From positions 3,447,532 through 3,511,531 of the forward strand of contig BFEA01000022.1 of NCBI GenBank assembly GCA_003427395.1: 64,000 bases of DNA. The letters run 5' to 3'. The DNA comes from Chara braunii (taxonomy: Eukaryota > Plantae > Charophyceae). Shown one piece after another: positions 24,790 to 36,258 of the stretch. Each line of letters starts with the position of its first letter. Position 1 is the first letter of the stretch. The notes beneath the pieces were generated by a model. The model saw only the letters and a list, made by a program, of their open reading frames with translations. It made no database searches and was not told the origin of the DNA. The position numbers and the translations under genes are program-made.

Positions 24790-26480
24790 TCTAACTTGTA
24801 GGAGGACCTTGGGTGAGAATGTGTCATGGAGTTTTATTCTCCATACACTTATGCATTTAGCTTGGGTATTGGCATATCCTGTGTTATACGTCCTCTTGAT
24901 CGTTTGATTCAGGATCTGGACTAGATTCAGCTTGATCCCACGAGGATCATTTTTTGTTATCACTGATAACATGTCGGTTGTCGATTCGTCGGTCTACGAC
25001 TCAATTCTAATTCATCCTCAATACCCAACCTAAAAGGTTATAGCCCTGGTGGTTTCTATTGTTTTATTAAGGTTTTCACCCGGATTTTTATTGAATGACC
25101 ATTTAACAAAGGTACTGAGTATTTAATTATGGAAGGTTGGACAAAGGTTGGGGTTTGCATGGCTAAAGCAAGGGGTATGAGTATAGAGAATGGTTGAAGT
25201 TGAATCCGTGTAGTGTATAGACTTTTGGTTGACTCTTTGATGTGATTGCAGGTATGTTCTGTGGTTCGGACTCTGGATTTGACTACCTGCGATTACATAC
25301 ATATATATGGTTGTGAAGAGTCTCACTGTGATTGTGAGAAGTGATCGTCACATACTTTTTTCCCACTATCCATATATATTCACATACCTATGTTTGGGTG
25401 TTCACGTGGCCTGAGGGGTCCATGCTTAAGGGTTTAAGCGGGGTCGAGATTGAGAAAAGAAGGAAAACCCTCTTTATTGTTGTATGCTTCTTAAAGAGAT
25501 TTCTTAGTCGCATGTTAGTCTTGCGCCTGGATTCGAGGTCCTTGTCTAGGACATCCCAGGTCCTAGACTCTGCATGGAAGGGATCACCCCTCCGTGCAGA
25601 GCCTACTTGACTTGCCTACCAAGACACTCAACATAAAGGTCAGGGGTGCCGCGGAGGCCGCACGGTTGTTTCTTCAGCCGTGCAATATCGTGAAGGGGTA
25701 GACCTTCATGATATTTCGAGTTTGACACTTGAGTGTCATAAGCAGTACTCGAACCCACGAGGAACCGCTTGATTATGGACACTACATAGTATTTCATCAT
25801 CGCGATTGCTTGCATATTCATACATTGCTAGTCGATATGGGAAGGCCCTGCGTCCGCGCGGTTTTATACTAAGTCTCGCGCACGTTGCATATCCGATTTC
25901 CGCATCGAAAGTTATGGGATGACTATTGAAGAGACTAGGATTGTGTGCGTTGTTTTGTTTGTGTCGTTGTGTGTGTGTGTGTGTGTGTGTGTGTTTTAAT
26001 TTTTATATTTTTAAGTGGTGTACGCGTGGTGCGTGGGATGCGTCCTAGACGACGGGTTGCGCTTGGTACCTCAGCCCCCCAAGGCGCCGGTTCGCATGCG
26101 GGTCCGATAGAGGCGTAAAACCGTGCGTACCCCCTATGCTACAACGAACGAGAAACACCCTCGGTTGGTTCACCTCTGCGATTGCAGCCGATTAACTTTC
26201 GTATTATGGACTGGTAGCTCGGAGGGGATACGCCCACTGAAGGGAGGTAACAACTCTCTTAAGGTGGAGGTAAGTCTTGACTCGCGTAGTTCAAACGGAT
26301 TACTGGGGCAAAATTCCAGCCCTATCCTGTCGTAGGGGCTCGAGAGAAGTATGGCTGGTGCACTCGGCCGGAGCGGCTTGCGGAGGCTCCATATGCATTG
26401 CGACGAGGAGCATACCAACTCCTGTGTGACGCGGCCGGGAGGGTCCCGCCCCGTTTTGTGCAGTGCTGGACCGATGCACT
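24790..26480 (+). repeat. Large repeat-family segment paralogous to 60376-60950 plus 62101-63200
   Basis: Colinear similarity, e.g. GACTAGATTCA.CTTGATCC, GTGAGAAGTGATCGTCACATA, TAAGTCTCGCGC, GTGGGATGCGTCCTAG. Confidence 0.88.
26035..26480. other. Conserved structured non-coding module, copy 2
   Basis: Same ordered motifs as 19725-20195. Confidence 0.7.
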
Positions 26481-27782
26481 TGACACTGTCTTTTTAGTTA
26501 TTGTTTCCGTTAGCCAGGGGACTACCAGGTGGGCCGTTGCCTCCCTACGGGTTGATGTCGTGGACTTCGGATCCGTACCCGTGTTGTACCGGTACTGATG
26601 AGCCAACAATCTGTTGTTGTTGAGGTGTTGCTCTAGGTGGTTTTGATCGTTATGCTCGTCTTCCATGTGATGATATTAAATTGAATTATTTAAGCATGTG
26701 TACCTGGCCATATCCTCGAGGCACGTTCGTTGTAGTCTGCAAACCCGGCGGGGAGCTCGGAGGCAGGGGGCATGTCTTCGTGGATTTTAGCAGTAGACTC
26801 ATTCTCGTTCTGCACAATTGATAAGTGTTGAATTGTCAGGTTTCCTGCTGCTTCTGTCTGACAAAAGTTACCGTTGTGTCTCCTTTTGCTATATTTTCGG
26901 AGCTATACCCGCGCCTTTCTATGTGTCATGGCTCTTGCAGTGCTTATGTTGTGCGTTGCTGTGTATACTGAGCTGGCAGTGTGCTTCCTGTTGTGCCTTG
27001 TGGCCGTGTGCGATTGCTGTGTTAGGCTAAGTTTGCAGATTTTCAGCGTTTCCACTTGCATCTCGAATAGAGCAAGGGGCCGTGCTCTATTTGAATGTAA
27101 CCTCTCTAGACTTCATAACTGCGTTTTGGTTAGAGGGTGGACTACGGCAATTAAGTAGAGGGTGGAGCTTCTGCAGGAGGGTCATTGCCACCAAGAGAAG
27201 AGCCGCTTGGGTACTGTTGCGGGATTTTTGGCTGAAGTTTGACTTCAGCTGGCAGACTTGTTACACGTTTTGACCACCATTTTAGGGCCCTCAGGGGCAT
27301 CGAGGAATCAAGTCCCTCTCCTGCGAGTTGAGTATGTACCCCTCCTATATCTCGAGCGTCTCAAACCCCTCCTTCTGTCTTTCTTATTCCAAGTCTAGTT
27401 TGTGAATCTGAGAGGAATGTGGCAGGCGAGATTGCAACCCGTAATCCGCAGGAAGACCTTGTGGGAGGTCAGCCCATTGATTGAGGAAGCTCTGTCGGAG
27501 CCAAGGCGGGGTTCTGGAGGCAGGGAACACTCAGGTATACGATCGATTTACGTTTCTGATCCCATCCCCTAAACTGTACTACCTTCTATCTATGTGTCTG
27601 AGAGTATGACTGAGAAAACTATTAACTTTATGTGTTTTATTTTTATGACTTGATCTGAAAGGTTATATCGACATGTATATATGATAATTCTGATTCTTTG
27701 TGTGAATTCAAATAGAAATGAAAGGGAGGAGGCGGGAGGAAGGTGTTTTGCTTGTGTTTGACCGGGTCAACCAAAGACCGAG

Positions 27783-28435
27783 TCACTCTAAGTTGAGTGG
27801 TTCAGTGCTATGTTTCATTTTTGTCTGCTGGGCTGAATACATGGCCTTTGAAGGATTGAGCCTATCCTAAGTTGGACGGTCCAATTTTGGTGTGTGTTTT
27901 TTTCTCAGGGAGACAAAGGCATGAGGCTATGCGTACCCCTAAGTTGGGGCGGCCTAGCCGTAAGCTGTGAATTTAACGGTGTAACCAAATTTTAAAAATT
28001 AATATATATATATTGTATGCATATGACAAACTTACATCCTAAGTTGGGAGGTTCATTCAATAAGTCAGTTATGACAAAAAGATAATGAAAAACAAATAAA
28101 GAATATAATGTGAAGGTAACCCGGACAGACTGAACGTACCCCTAAGTTGGGGTGGTTTAGTCCTATGCCCGTAATAACATAAAAGGCGGCGAGTTAGTAT
28201 AAAATTTCCTTATCTCTAAACACAACTGAGGCAGGGTTGGATGTCTCCCTAAGTCGGGTAGGTCTGTTTATCTACCTAAGAAGAAAGAAAGTTGTAAAGT
28301 TTGTGCAAAGTATTTATGATTGTTTGAAATGTTGTTACGGAGGCTAAGCGTACCCCTAAGTTGGGACGACTTAGTAATACGTCGTTGTAACTTGTTAGGG
28401 AGATCAGGCGTACCCCTAAGTTGGGGGGCCTAGGC
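27783..28435. repeat. Repeat-spacer array B: 8 copies of GCGTACCCCTAAGTTGGGGyGGyCTA with unrelated spacers
   Basis: Cores near 27788, 27866, 27938, 28038, 28141, 28248, 28355 and 28415; follows a block (27284-27810) paralogous to 22600-23150. Confidence 0.85.
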
Positions 28436-30279
28436 GCAGGCTCAAGGCAGACCGCCCACACGCAACACTGGCATATAGGAAGAACAGGTGAGTGGGTAGG
28501 GATCTTGGCGTTTGCGCGCAATGCTGGCACACTGCTGCGCTAATGCACGTGCTGGAGCGGATGCAGCGCTAGGAAGCCAGGCTGGCGCTAAGCGGTAGGG
28601 CGCAGCCTGGGCGCAGGGCACTGGCAGCCATAGCCGGGCTGCAGAGGGCGCTGGAGGAGGTGAGGGCGAAGGTGGTTCTTCGGAAGGTGAAGGGCGCTGT
28701 GTGGGGATAACAAGGTAGAGTGAGGAAGGAGAGAGAGACGTACCTGGTGGAGAGGAGGTCGGCATTGGTGTTGACGTCATCACTCGCTGGTCGTCAAGTT
28801 GTCTGGTTGCGTCCATGTTGTAGTTGTAGGGATAGGTTGTAGAGTAGATAGGGCACCTGGCGCCATTCAAGAGAGAGAGCTACTTCGGGTTATGTTGTTG
28901 GTGTTGCCCGATTGGGCTCGGACATTGACTCACGACTTTTGCTGTATCGTTCTCAAATGGATGGTATCTTGGTTCCGATGTGCTATCTGCTCTTGCTTTG
29001 ACTACTTGGACTTTAGTGTGATTTTGCAATTTGGTTTACTGTGCTTCGTCCACATTCATGTTCCTTGCAGTAGTAGCATAGGTTGTAGCTGGTACAGTGC
29101 TGAAAGGTCAAGTCTGTGACCTTCTGGAACTTCCGTAAGTGGCCTTTCGTGAAGTCTTAAAGGCAGTCCGCGTCTGAGTCAGCGGAGGGCAGTCCTAGCG
29201 CAGTCAGCAAAGGGCAGTCCTAGTCCTACCTAGCGTAGTCAGCGGTACCCAGTCCCGGTCGCACTTTGTCTAGTCAGCAAGTACCACGTCGGACTGTGTG
29301 CACCCTGGGCCCAGGGTCAAGTGGCAGACCTACGACCATCCGAAGTATAAGTAAAGAGGCAGGGTCAACTCATTCATTCATTCTGCCTGTCAGCCGTGCG
29401 GAAGCGCTGTCGGAGCGTCTTGTGTACGGAGGTCAGCAGGTGCCCGAGGAAGGAGAGGGCTAAGAGGAGGAAGACGCGGCCATAGCCACTTGGTAGTGAT
29501 ATGAAGTAGACAGCAGCCATAGCTGCCAGTTAGCATAGTTGGTGTGTTTGTGTATGTGTGATGTGTGTGTATGTGTGATGTGTGTGCGCGCGGGACATCC
29601 AGAGAGATCCAGAGTTGCGTGTCTGCGAATAAGTTGCTGGGGATGCAATTGATCGGGGGAGAATTTTTGTTGGCGCACGTGTGCCATAGCCGATCGAGAC
29701 AAGTTGGAACCTGAACTGTGTTCTTGGCTACGTTATCACTGAGCTTTGTGTGGGCGCAAGTCGCCAGTTTGATCGTCATCTGTTTGTACGCATGCTGAGT
29801 GTCGGGGAAGACAAGTCTGATTGCATAAAAAATGATGAGAGAAGAAAATAGAATAGTAAAAAAAAAAAGCAATTTAGCCCAGGTACTAGAGAATGATTTC
29901 TGTTAGCAACTGTTTACAGTGCAATGGGGGGGGCAGCTAGGCTTTCACAATGGCAGCATCCCTTTAACCGGGAGACGCTCTTGTGTACCCAGTCGCGCAA
30001 AGGTGTGCGGCTGAGGGATCACCTTCCCTCGTTGCAGTGCTACCAGGCTCCTGCTGCTGTGCTGGCACTCTTTAATGCTGCAGCCGCATCAAATCATGAC
30101 AGTCTCGACTCTTCTTTGTGCCGTCTGATATATTCTACCCCTCTGTCACTCCTTTGGCTGTTTCTGGTTACATGCAGAGATTGCTGCCACTGGCTACCCA
30201 ATTGTATGCTTCCACCTCCGTCTTATAAGGAGTAGACATTCCAAACGAGAACCACCAACTAGACAACCAGAAAGTACTT

Positions 30280-31125
30280 TGACAAAGCAGGAAGAAAGAC
30301 ATACAACTAAGCAGGGGGGCAGCATAGCAGCTGAGGAGCGTAGACAAGGGGGTAGTCCCCACATTCGGCACAGACCAAAGCAATCCATCACCTACTCCCG
30401 CCACAAGTTGAACCCTGCAGACTGTTGGCTCCCACCACCTGCTGAGCCAGGAAGACACTCTGATGAACGTCTGTCATCAGCCGCACAGACATACCGGACA
30501 GGGAGCCCCCCAACCCCCTCATAGCACAGTAGAAATTCCAAAGAAGGAACCACTTACAAGCTCAGACTTGGAAAAAGCAGGAAGAAATCCGAAGAAAGAC
30601 ATACAAGCAAGTGGGTGGGCAGCACAGCAGCAGAGGATTGCAGCCAAGGCAGTCCACACCTTCGACATGGGCCAAAGCAATCATTATCTACTCCCACCAC
30701 AAGTCGAACCCCGCAGACTGTTGGTTCCGACCACCCGCTGATCCAGGAAGACACTCTGATGAACGTCCATCATCAACCCCACACACATGCCAAAAAGAGC
30801 ATGTATGTCTTTAAGTACTTCTGTGGGCCCTTTTAGCCTATGGGTCGGTGCAACTCCGATGAAACAACATCTCATCATCAGGTTTTATGTTTTCTGCAGT
30901 TTTGTCTTTCATACTTGCGCTTTCCTTGCCTGATGCTTGTTTTCTTTTCCTTGCCTTGTGTGCTTTTGTCTTGTCTGACCTCTTGGCACCCCTGTGCCGT
31001 GCAGCCTATGTGTTGCCTCCATGCTTTTGCCTTGCAGTTTTTTTTACCCGCCTGCTTCTTTTCTGCTGCTTGTTCTCTTTTCACTGCCTGTTTGTTGCTA
31101 GAAATACTGTGTTTGCTTGTGTGTT
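30280..31125. mobile_element. Hammerhead-associated repeat related to 46030-47500; left arm inverted and tandemly duplicated (about 300 bp)
   Basis: 30290-30480 resembles 30590-30780 and the reverse complement of about 46126-46215; 30900-31120 resembles 46800-47450 (CAGCCTATGTGTTGCCTC). Confidence 0.6.
30838..30868 (+). ncRNA. Decayed hammerhead remnant (stem II plus GAAAC only)
   Basis: GTCGGTGCAACTCCGATGAAACAA matches the family; the CUGANGA box is corrupted (CTATGG). Confidence 0.6.
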
Positions 31126-32289
31126 AAAAGAGGAATGACCACCATAAGCCTAAGCTCCTGCTGAGAAGCACGGTACCAAAGCAGGAGTGAACTTACGGTC
31201 GGGGTTTAGGGTTTTGCCAACATGGACTTGAGAAAGGAGCAACAGACACACTGCTTGAAGCCTCAAGGGCGTAGCCAACTAGACTAGAGACTGGAGAGAC
31301 GGCCACACTTACTCTAGAGCCTCAAGGACAGCCGACAGCTCGATTAGCTGAGAGGAGTACGGGGCACACATGAAGCACAAGGAGGGTCAACTTAGCCAAA
31401 GGTTCGATGTCCTATGGTGCATGGTCAAGATATAAAGTGAAACTGGCTGATGCTGCCAGGATAACCCCAGGTGGAGTTGTGAGGTCCCCGACCTCAATTT
31501 TCGATATGTTAATAAAAATGTCAATTTTTTGTTGAAAACAAAGAAGGAATGTTGGCCCAGCTTCCCTCGCCTTCACTTGAACAAGGAAACGAAGGGGACG
31601 CCGCTTAGCGCTAATGACGCAGCAGGATTGCGTTGCGGTAGCGCGAAGCGCCACCGAGAAACCGTGGGAGACAACTGTCCTGCGAACGTGGCCAGGAATC
31701 AGGTAGAAGGGTGGAGGAAAGTTGGGAGGGGGATCGCGCGACAAATCACGTGGGGTAACACGGGCACGTGTGGAGAGGAGGGTGGGTATGGCTGAACAGG
31801 AGGAGAGATGGGCGGCAGGAGGTAACCAGGAAGAGCCTCGCTGGCAGTAGGGGGCGAAGATCGGTAAGCGAAGGACCCGGCCATGACTACTAGGCAGGAC
31901 AGCAGGGAGCGAAAAAGCAGGAACAAAGGCGGAGTGCCGTACTTACCGTGAGGCCCGCGAAGAGGAAGGACGACCGAGAGCAGCGGGCTGGTATCACAAA
32001 CCGCGGAAGACGGCGGGGAGATAGTGGCGGTTCGCATCGTGTGGGCGGGATCGCTGGCCTTCTCTGGGGGCCCCAGGGCTTGCACCCCGGTGGGGAAGGA
32101 CTGGTGATTCTGCGGCCATAGCCCCGCAAGGTTTCACTTCTCGCCTGCAAGTAAAAACACAGGTAAGGCTCCAATCTAATCCTCCAGATTTTACTTATCT
32201 GGAAGAGCCAAGGGGTTTACATTACTTCGGATCCGAAAGGGAGAGGGAAGCGGGGAACGAATCGTTTCAAACGGACAAGCAAGGTGGTT

Positions 32290-32915
32290 AGGGGTACATA
32301 GCAAAGTACTCTGAAAGGTGTAAGTCCAAAGGGCGAGGTAACGAGAAGCGGGAAGCACAGGGGACCGAAAGAAGGGAGAATAGGGAGGAGGGGTGGAGAG
32401 GAAGTGCAGCACAGGTGAAAGGTTGATGGGGAGTGGAGGGGGAGAATCCCTTTCGTCAATTCTACAACTGCACTCTCAACGAGGACAGTCAAAGAACCAG
32501 GGAGGAGGACGGGCATGAAGCAGGGGGCGGTGAGTGAGAGATGGGAAATCAGCGTTAGTTGAGGGGTTGAAGGGAAGGAAAGCGGAGAGAGAGGGAAAGA
32601 GGGGGGAATTAGGGGAACATAGCAAAAGCATACCGGAAGGTGCAAGTGAAAAATCGAGGTGACGGGAAGCGGTAAGCACAGGGGAGGGAACGAGAGAGGG
32701 AAGAATAGGGAGGAGGGGCGGAGAGGGAGGGGTCGAAGCAAGGGGGAGTGGTGTGTAAGGGGGAGAATCCCTCTCGTTAAGGACAGTAAAAGAACCAGGG
32801 GGGAAGACGTACGGGTATGAGCCAGGGGGCGGTGAGGGAGTGAAAGGAAGCCAGCGCGAGTGGAGGGGTTGAAGGGAAGGAAAGAAGAGAGGGAAGGGAA
32901 ACTGGGGAGAATACC
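32290..32915 (+). repeat. Purine-rich tandem duplication of about 320 bp upstream of LINE ORF1
   Basis: GGGG.ACATAGCAAA at about 32291 and 32612; both units contain GGGGAGAATCCCT, AGGACAGT.AAAGAACCAGGG and GAGGGGTTGAAGGGAAGGAAAG. Confidence 0.8.
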
Positions 32916-33510
32916 TCTCTCTTCTCGACCACTGCAACAGCTCTGTCACTAGGGACAGACGTCGGAGAGGGGGAGAAGGGATTCTGCGCTAAATACACCA
33001 AATAACAAAAGGGTGTTAAACCCCTGTGATAGGTGCGACTGAGTCTCCCTCCTGGCCTCAAAAAGTCACTCCAAAAGGTGTGACCAACTTTCTATCTACA
33101 CCAGGGACAAGAGTGGAGTCTCATAAGGTGCACAATAGAGGCGAGACTAATCTCTTCTTACCTTCGCGACACACCTCTTGCGCCCGGCACAACAGTTGCC
33201 ACAGTTGTCACAATCCATACTGTTCGGAGGGTTGATGGGCCCCGGGTTTCGGGGTTGAGCAGTAAGAAGTCCGCAACAGGCGAATAGGAGAGTGGAGTCT
33301 ATGTTGTTCTATCAGGGGGCAGCAAGACATCACACCCAAGGAAGACTGGGGGGGACTGAGCCTTCGTACAGGAGGAAGGGCAGCAGGGAAGATGCCCAAA
33401 GCGGAGGGGAGGGAGGCGATCGGGGGGAGGGAACAGCTGAAGGAAGGGATCTGGGAAGTCAGGCCGGGTCCTCGAATTGATCAGCAAACAATAGGACATG
33501 GGCGGAAAGG

Positions 33511-36220
33511 GTGGGGAGGCCATATTCTGGGGACGAGATCTACATCAAGCGAAAGAAGGAGGGAGGAGGGAAGGAGGGAGAGGAAAGGGGGGCAGAAGAG
33601 GTGTGGAAGATCCCCCTGGGAAGCTTAACAACAGCAGGGGCCTTTTTCTTGACAAGCCTCCTCTCCCCCTCAGAGAATATAGTGCTGCACCAAGGCGGTA
33701 GATCAACACTAATCAAGTCACTCAGGGACGAACTGTATACCCGATACGCGAGTAACTGGGCGTTTCACGATGATGCAGCATTTAAATCCACAAACAATAA
33801 GGTGAGTTGGATCAGGGAGCGATTAGCGGCTTTTAAAGGGAATCCGGAGGGAGAGTATGAGTACTTTTTAATACAGCCGGTTTCCTCGAAGGTTATCACA
33901 GTAATATGCATGTTTGACGCTGACAAAAAGACAATGGATGGGTGGAGGGCGCTCCACTGCGAGGGGTCGGAAGTGCGGATCTACCCATGGTCTCCTCCGA
34001 AACAGCAGAGGCCGGAGGAGCGAAGGGAGCAACTAATGAAAGAATTCTACTGGGTTGAATTCCGCCATGCTCCTATCGAGATACAAGCTGCCCTTGTTCA
34101 TAACTTAGCAGAAAAGGATGATGTGGTGGACCCCTCCCATCACACGTGGCAAGGCGAGATGACTACCTTATGTTAGCTATCCGGCTTGCAGAAGGGCAGC
34201 TCTTCACGATAGATGATATTATACCGATGTACATTGGAGGGAGGGTCTATCGCATCCACACAGCCCATAAGCTCCGACCCTGGTGCTTTAAATGTCAAAC
34301 GTATGGACACCTCTACACTGATACTGCGTGTGCACATCACCCTCGCGTACAGTGAAGCCTACGGGACGACTGAAAAAAGATCCTTTTATGGAAACAAGAT
34401 GGAGAACGGTGGACGCAGGGCACGAAGGTTGGGTCTATGTGGATGCTCCAGAGGGGGGAGGGGGGGGGGTATTGGGGTGGACATGGGAAGGGCAGGGGGA
34501 ACCCCAGGAGGAGACCAGGCCACCGGCGAGCGGGGTCCCCCCAAAAACCTTGGAATCGTACCTGGTAAACCCAGTTCACCCCTCACCCCTCAGCCCCTCA
34601 GAAGGCACCAACAGATGCCTGGGAAGTATGTAAAGGGGAGAAAGTGGGAAGGAAGAGTCTTGAGGGCCGTGCAGATGGAAGGCTTGGGTTAGAAGGGAGG
34701 AACAGCTTTAGTCCGCTGTTGGAGAAGGCTGGCCAGCTGGAGCTGATAGGGGGGCAAGGGGAGGAGGGCGGGGAGGAAACAGAAAGGATGGAACAGCTAG
34801 TGCAGCAACAGCCCTCGCATCGGCAGCAACAGCTAGAGCAACCCCAACAGCAGCAACCAGCGCAAGCGCACCTGTTGCTGCAAAAAACAGAGCAACCCGG
34901 GCCCAAACAACAGCCGGTACAGCAGCAACTGTTGCAGCAACCAGCACAACACTACGGACTGCCACTACAGCAAATGCAACAAGACCATGAGGCACAGCAG
35001 GGGCAGGAGACACAGCAAATACAGCAAGCCGGGGGGGAGGTGCAAGCCCACCCTGCGCAACAGGAACTGCCATCACAGCAACAAGAGGCAACGACCCCGC
35101 AGAGACAACACGGGCGGCTGGAGCAGGGGGAGAACATGCAAGTCCCGCAAGGGACCCAGCATGATTCACAGTTAGCACAAGCCCAGCAGGGAGGGCAAGG
35201 ACGGGAATTGCAGCTGGTATACGGGCGGGTGAACTTTTTCTCAGACGCATTCAGCGCCCAACCTATGGACATAGACCCAGCGCTCTCCCCCCCGGAAGTA
35301 GAAATGGAAGACTGTCAGGATAGCTCCCCCATGCACCACCCAAGGAGATGGACCTGGACCAAAAAGCTCAAGTGATTACAGAATGGATAATTAAACATCT
35401 GAGGACAGAATTCCCGATTGGGGGGGAAGAATATTGGGATGCATCTTACGTAGAGCTGGTTAGCCTGCTGAACAATAGTGAGACACTTAGATGCACGCTA
35501 ACAACGGGTCCGTCAACCCACTTATCATTGGCTGAGGTCTTCCAGCATATCCTGGCTATAGCCAGGGGGAGATTTCACCCCCCGGACCCCCCCGGCTTGA
35601 ACGGGCCAGATCAGGGGCAGGGACAAAGTTCCCCTCTCTCTCAGGAAGTGCAGCTGGAAGAAGGGAGAGAGGGAGCTATAAGGGGGGAGGAAATGCCCTC
35701 CCGTTGAGTGAAGCTGCGACAAACTATAGAACGAGGCTTGTTCGAGATGCCTCTAGTAAAAAAGGAAGGTGTGCCGGTAATCCCAATGAGGAAGTCAGAA
35801 GGGAAGTGGGAGATTGGACTCACGGCGGTGGGAGAGCACGGAGGGGTCACAATGCAGGGCTGGGACTTCCCCATGCACGTCAAGGACAGACGGGATTGGA
35901 TTAGGCTCTTCACGAATGACACAAAACAAATGGGGGAGTTCATCCCCAAACATTATGCACGGGGAGCCAAAGCAGGAGTAAGATTCGAGAATTGGGAGCA
36001 CCAGATGGCGCACACTGACCTCTACCTACTGTTTGAACCTAATAAATCAGCTAACCTGCACTGGTTTAGCCATAATAAGCTATTGGACTTGCAGTGTACA
36101 AAAATTAAGGCTAGTAGCTGTTGGTCAGAGGATGACGCGAGTAGATGCCTGTGCAGGGTAGTGCAGAGGAAGATCTTAATGCTGGACAGATGGGATGTCA
36201 AGCAATGGCATGCACTATGA
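33511..36220 (+). pseudogene. LINE ORF1 region (RRM-like part, CCHC knuckle, Gln-rich linker, extra C-terminal domain), frameshifted
   Basis: VRIYPWSP, YWVEFRHAPIE and WCFKCQTYGHLYTDTAC; Q-rich ORF 34644-35375; further ORFs 35348-35707 and 35708-36220. Confidence 0.7.
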
Positions 36221-36258
36221 GGAGCCGGAAAGGACCAAAATAGTGGAATAGAAATGGA

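Noticed and set aside
23115-28435. Calling the repeat-spacer arrays true CRISPR loci
   Set aside because: Eukaryotic TE context, no cas genes, degenerate repeats and irregular spacer lengths; kept only as CRISPR-like arrays
30455-30780. CTGATGA boxes at 30460 and 30756 as hammerheads
   Set aside because: No stem II plus GAAA follows; the first simply pairs with a downstream TCATCAG
31198-31216. Telomeric repeat GGGTTTAGGGTTT
   Set aside because: Under two units; not an array
34644-35375. Gln-rich host gene
   Set aside because: Lies within LINE ORF1, between the knuckle and the endonuclease
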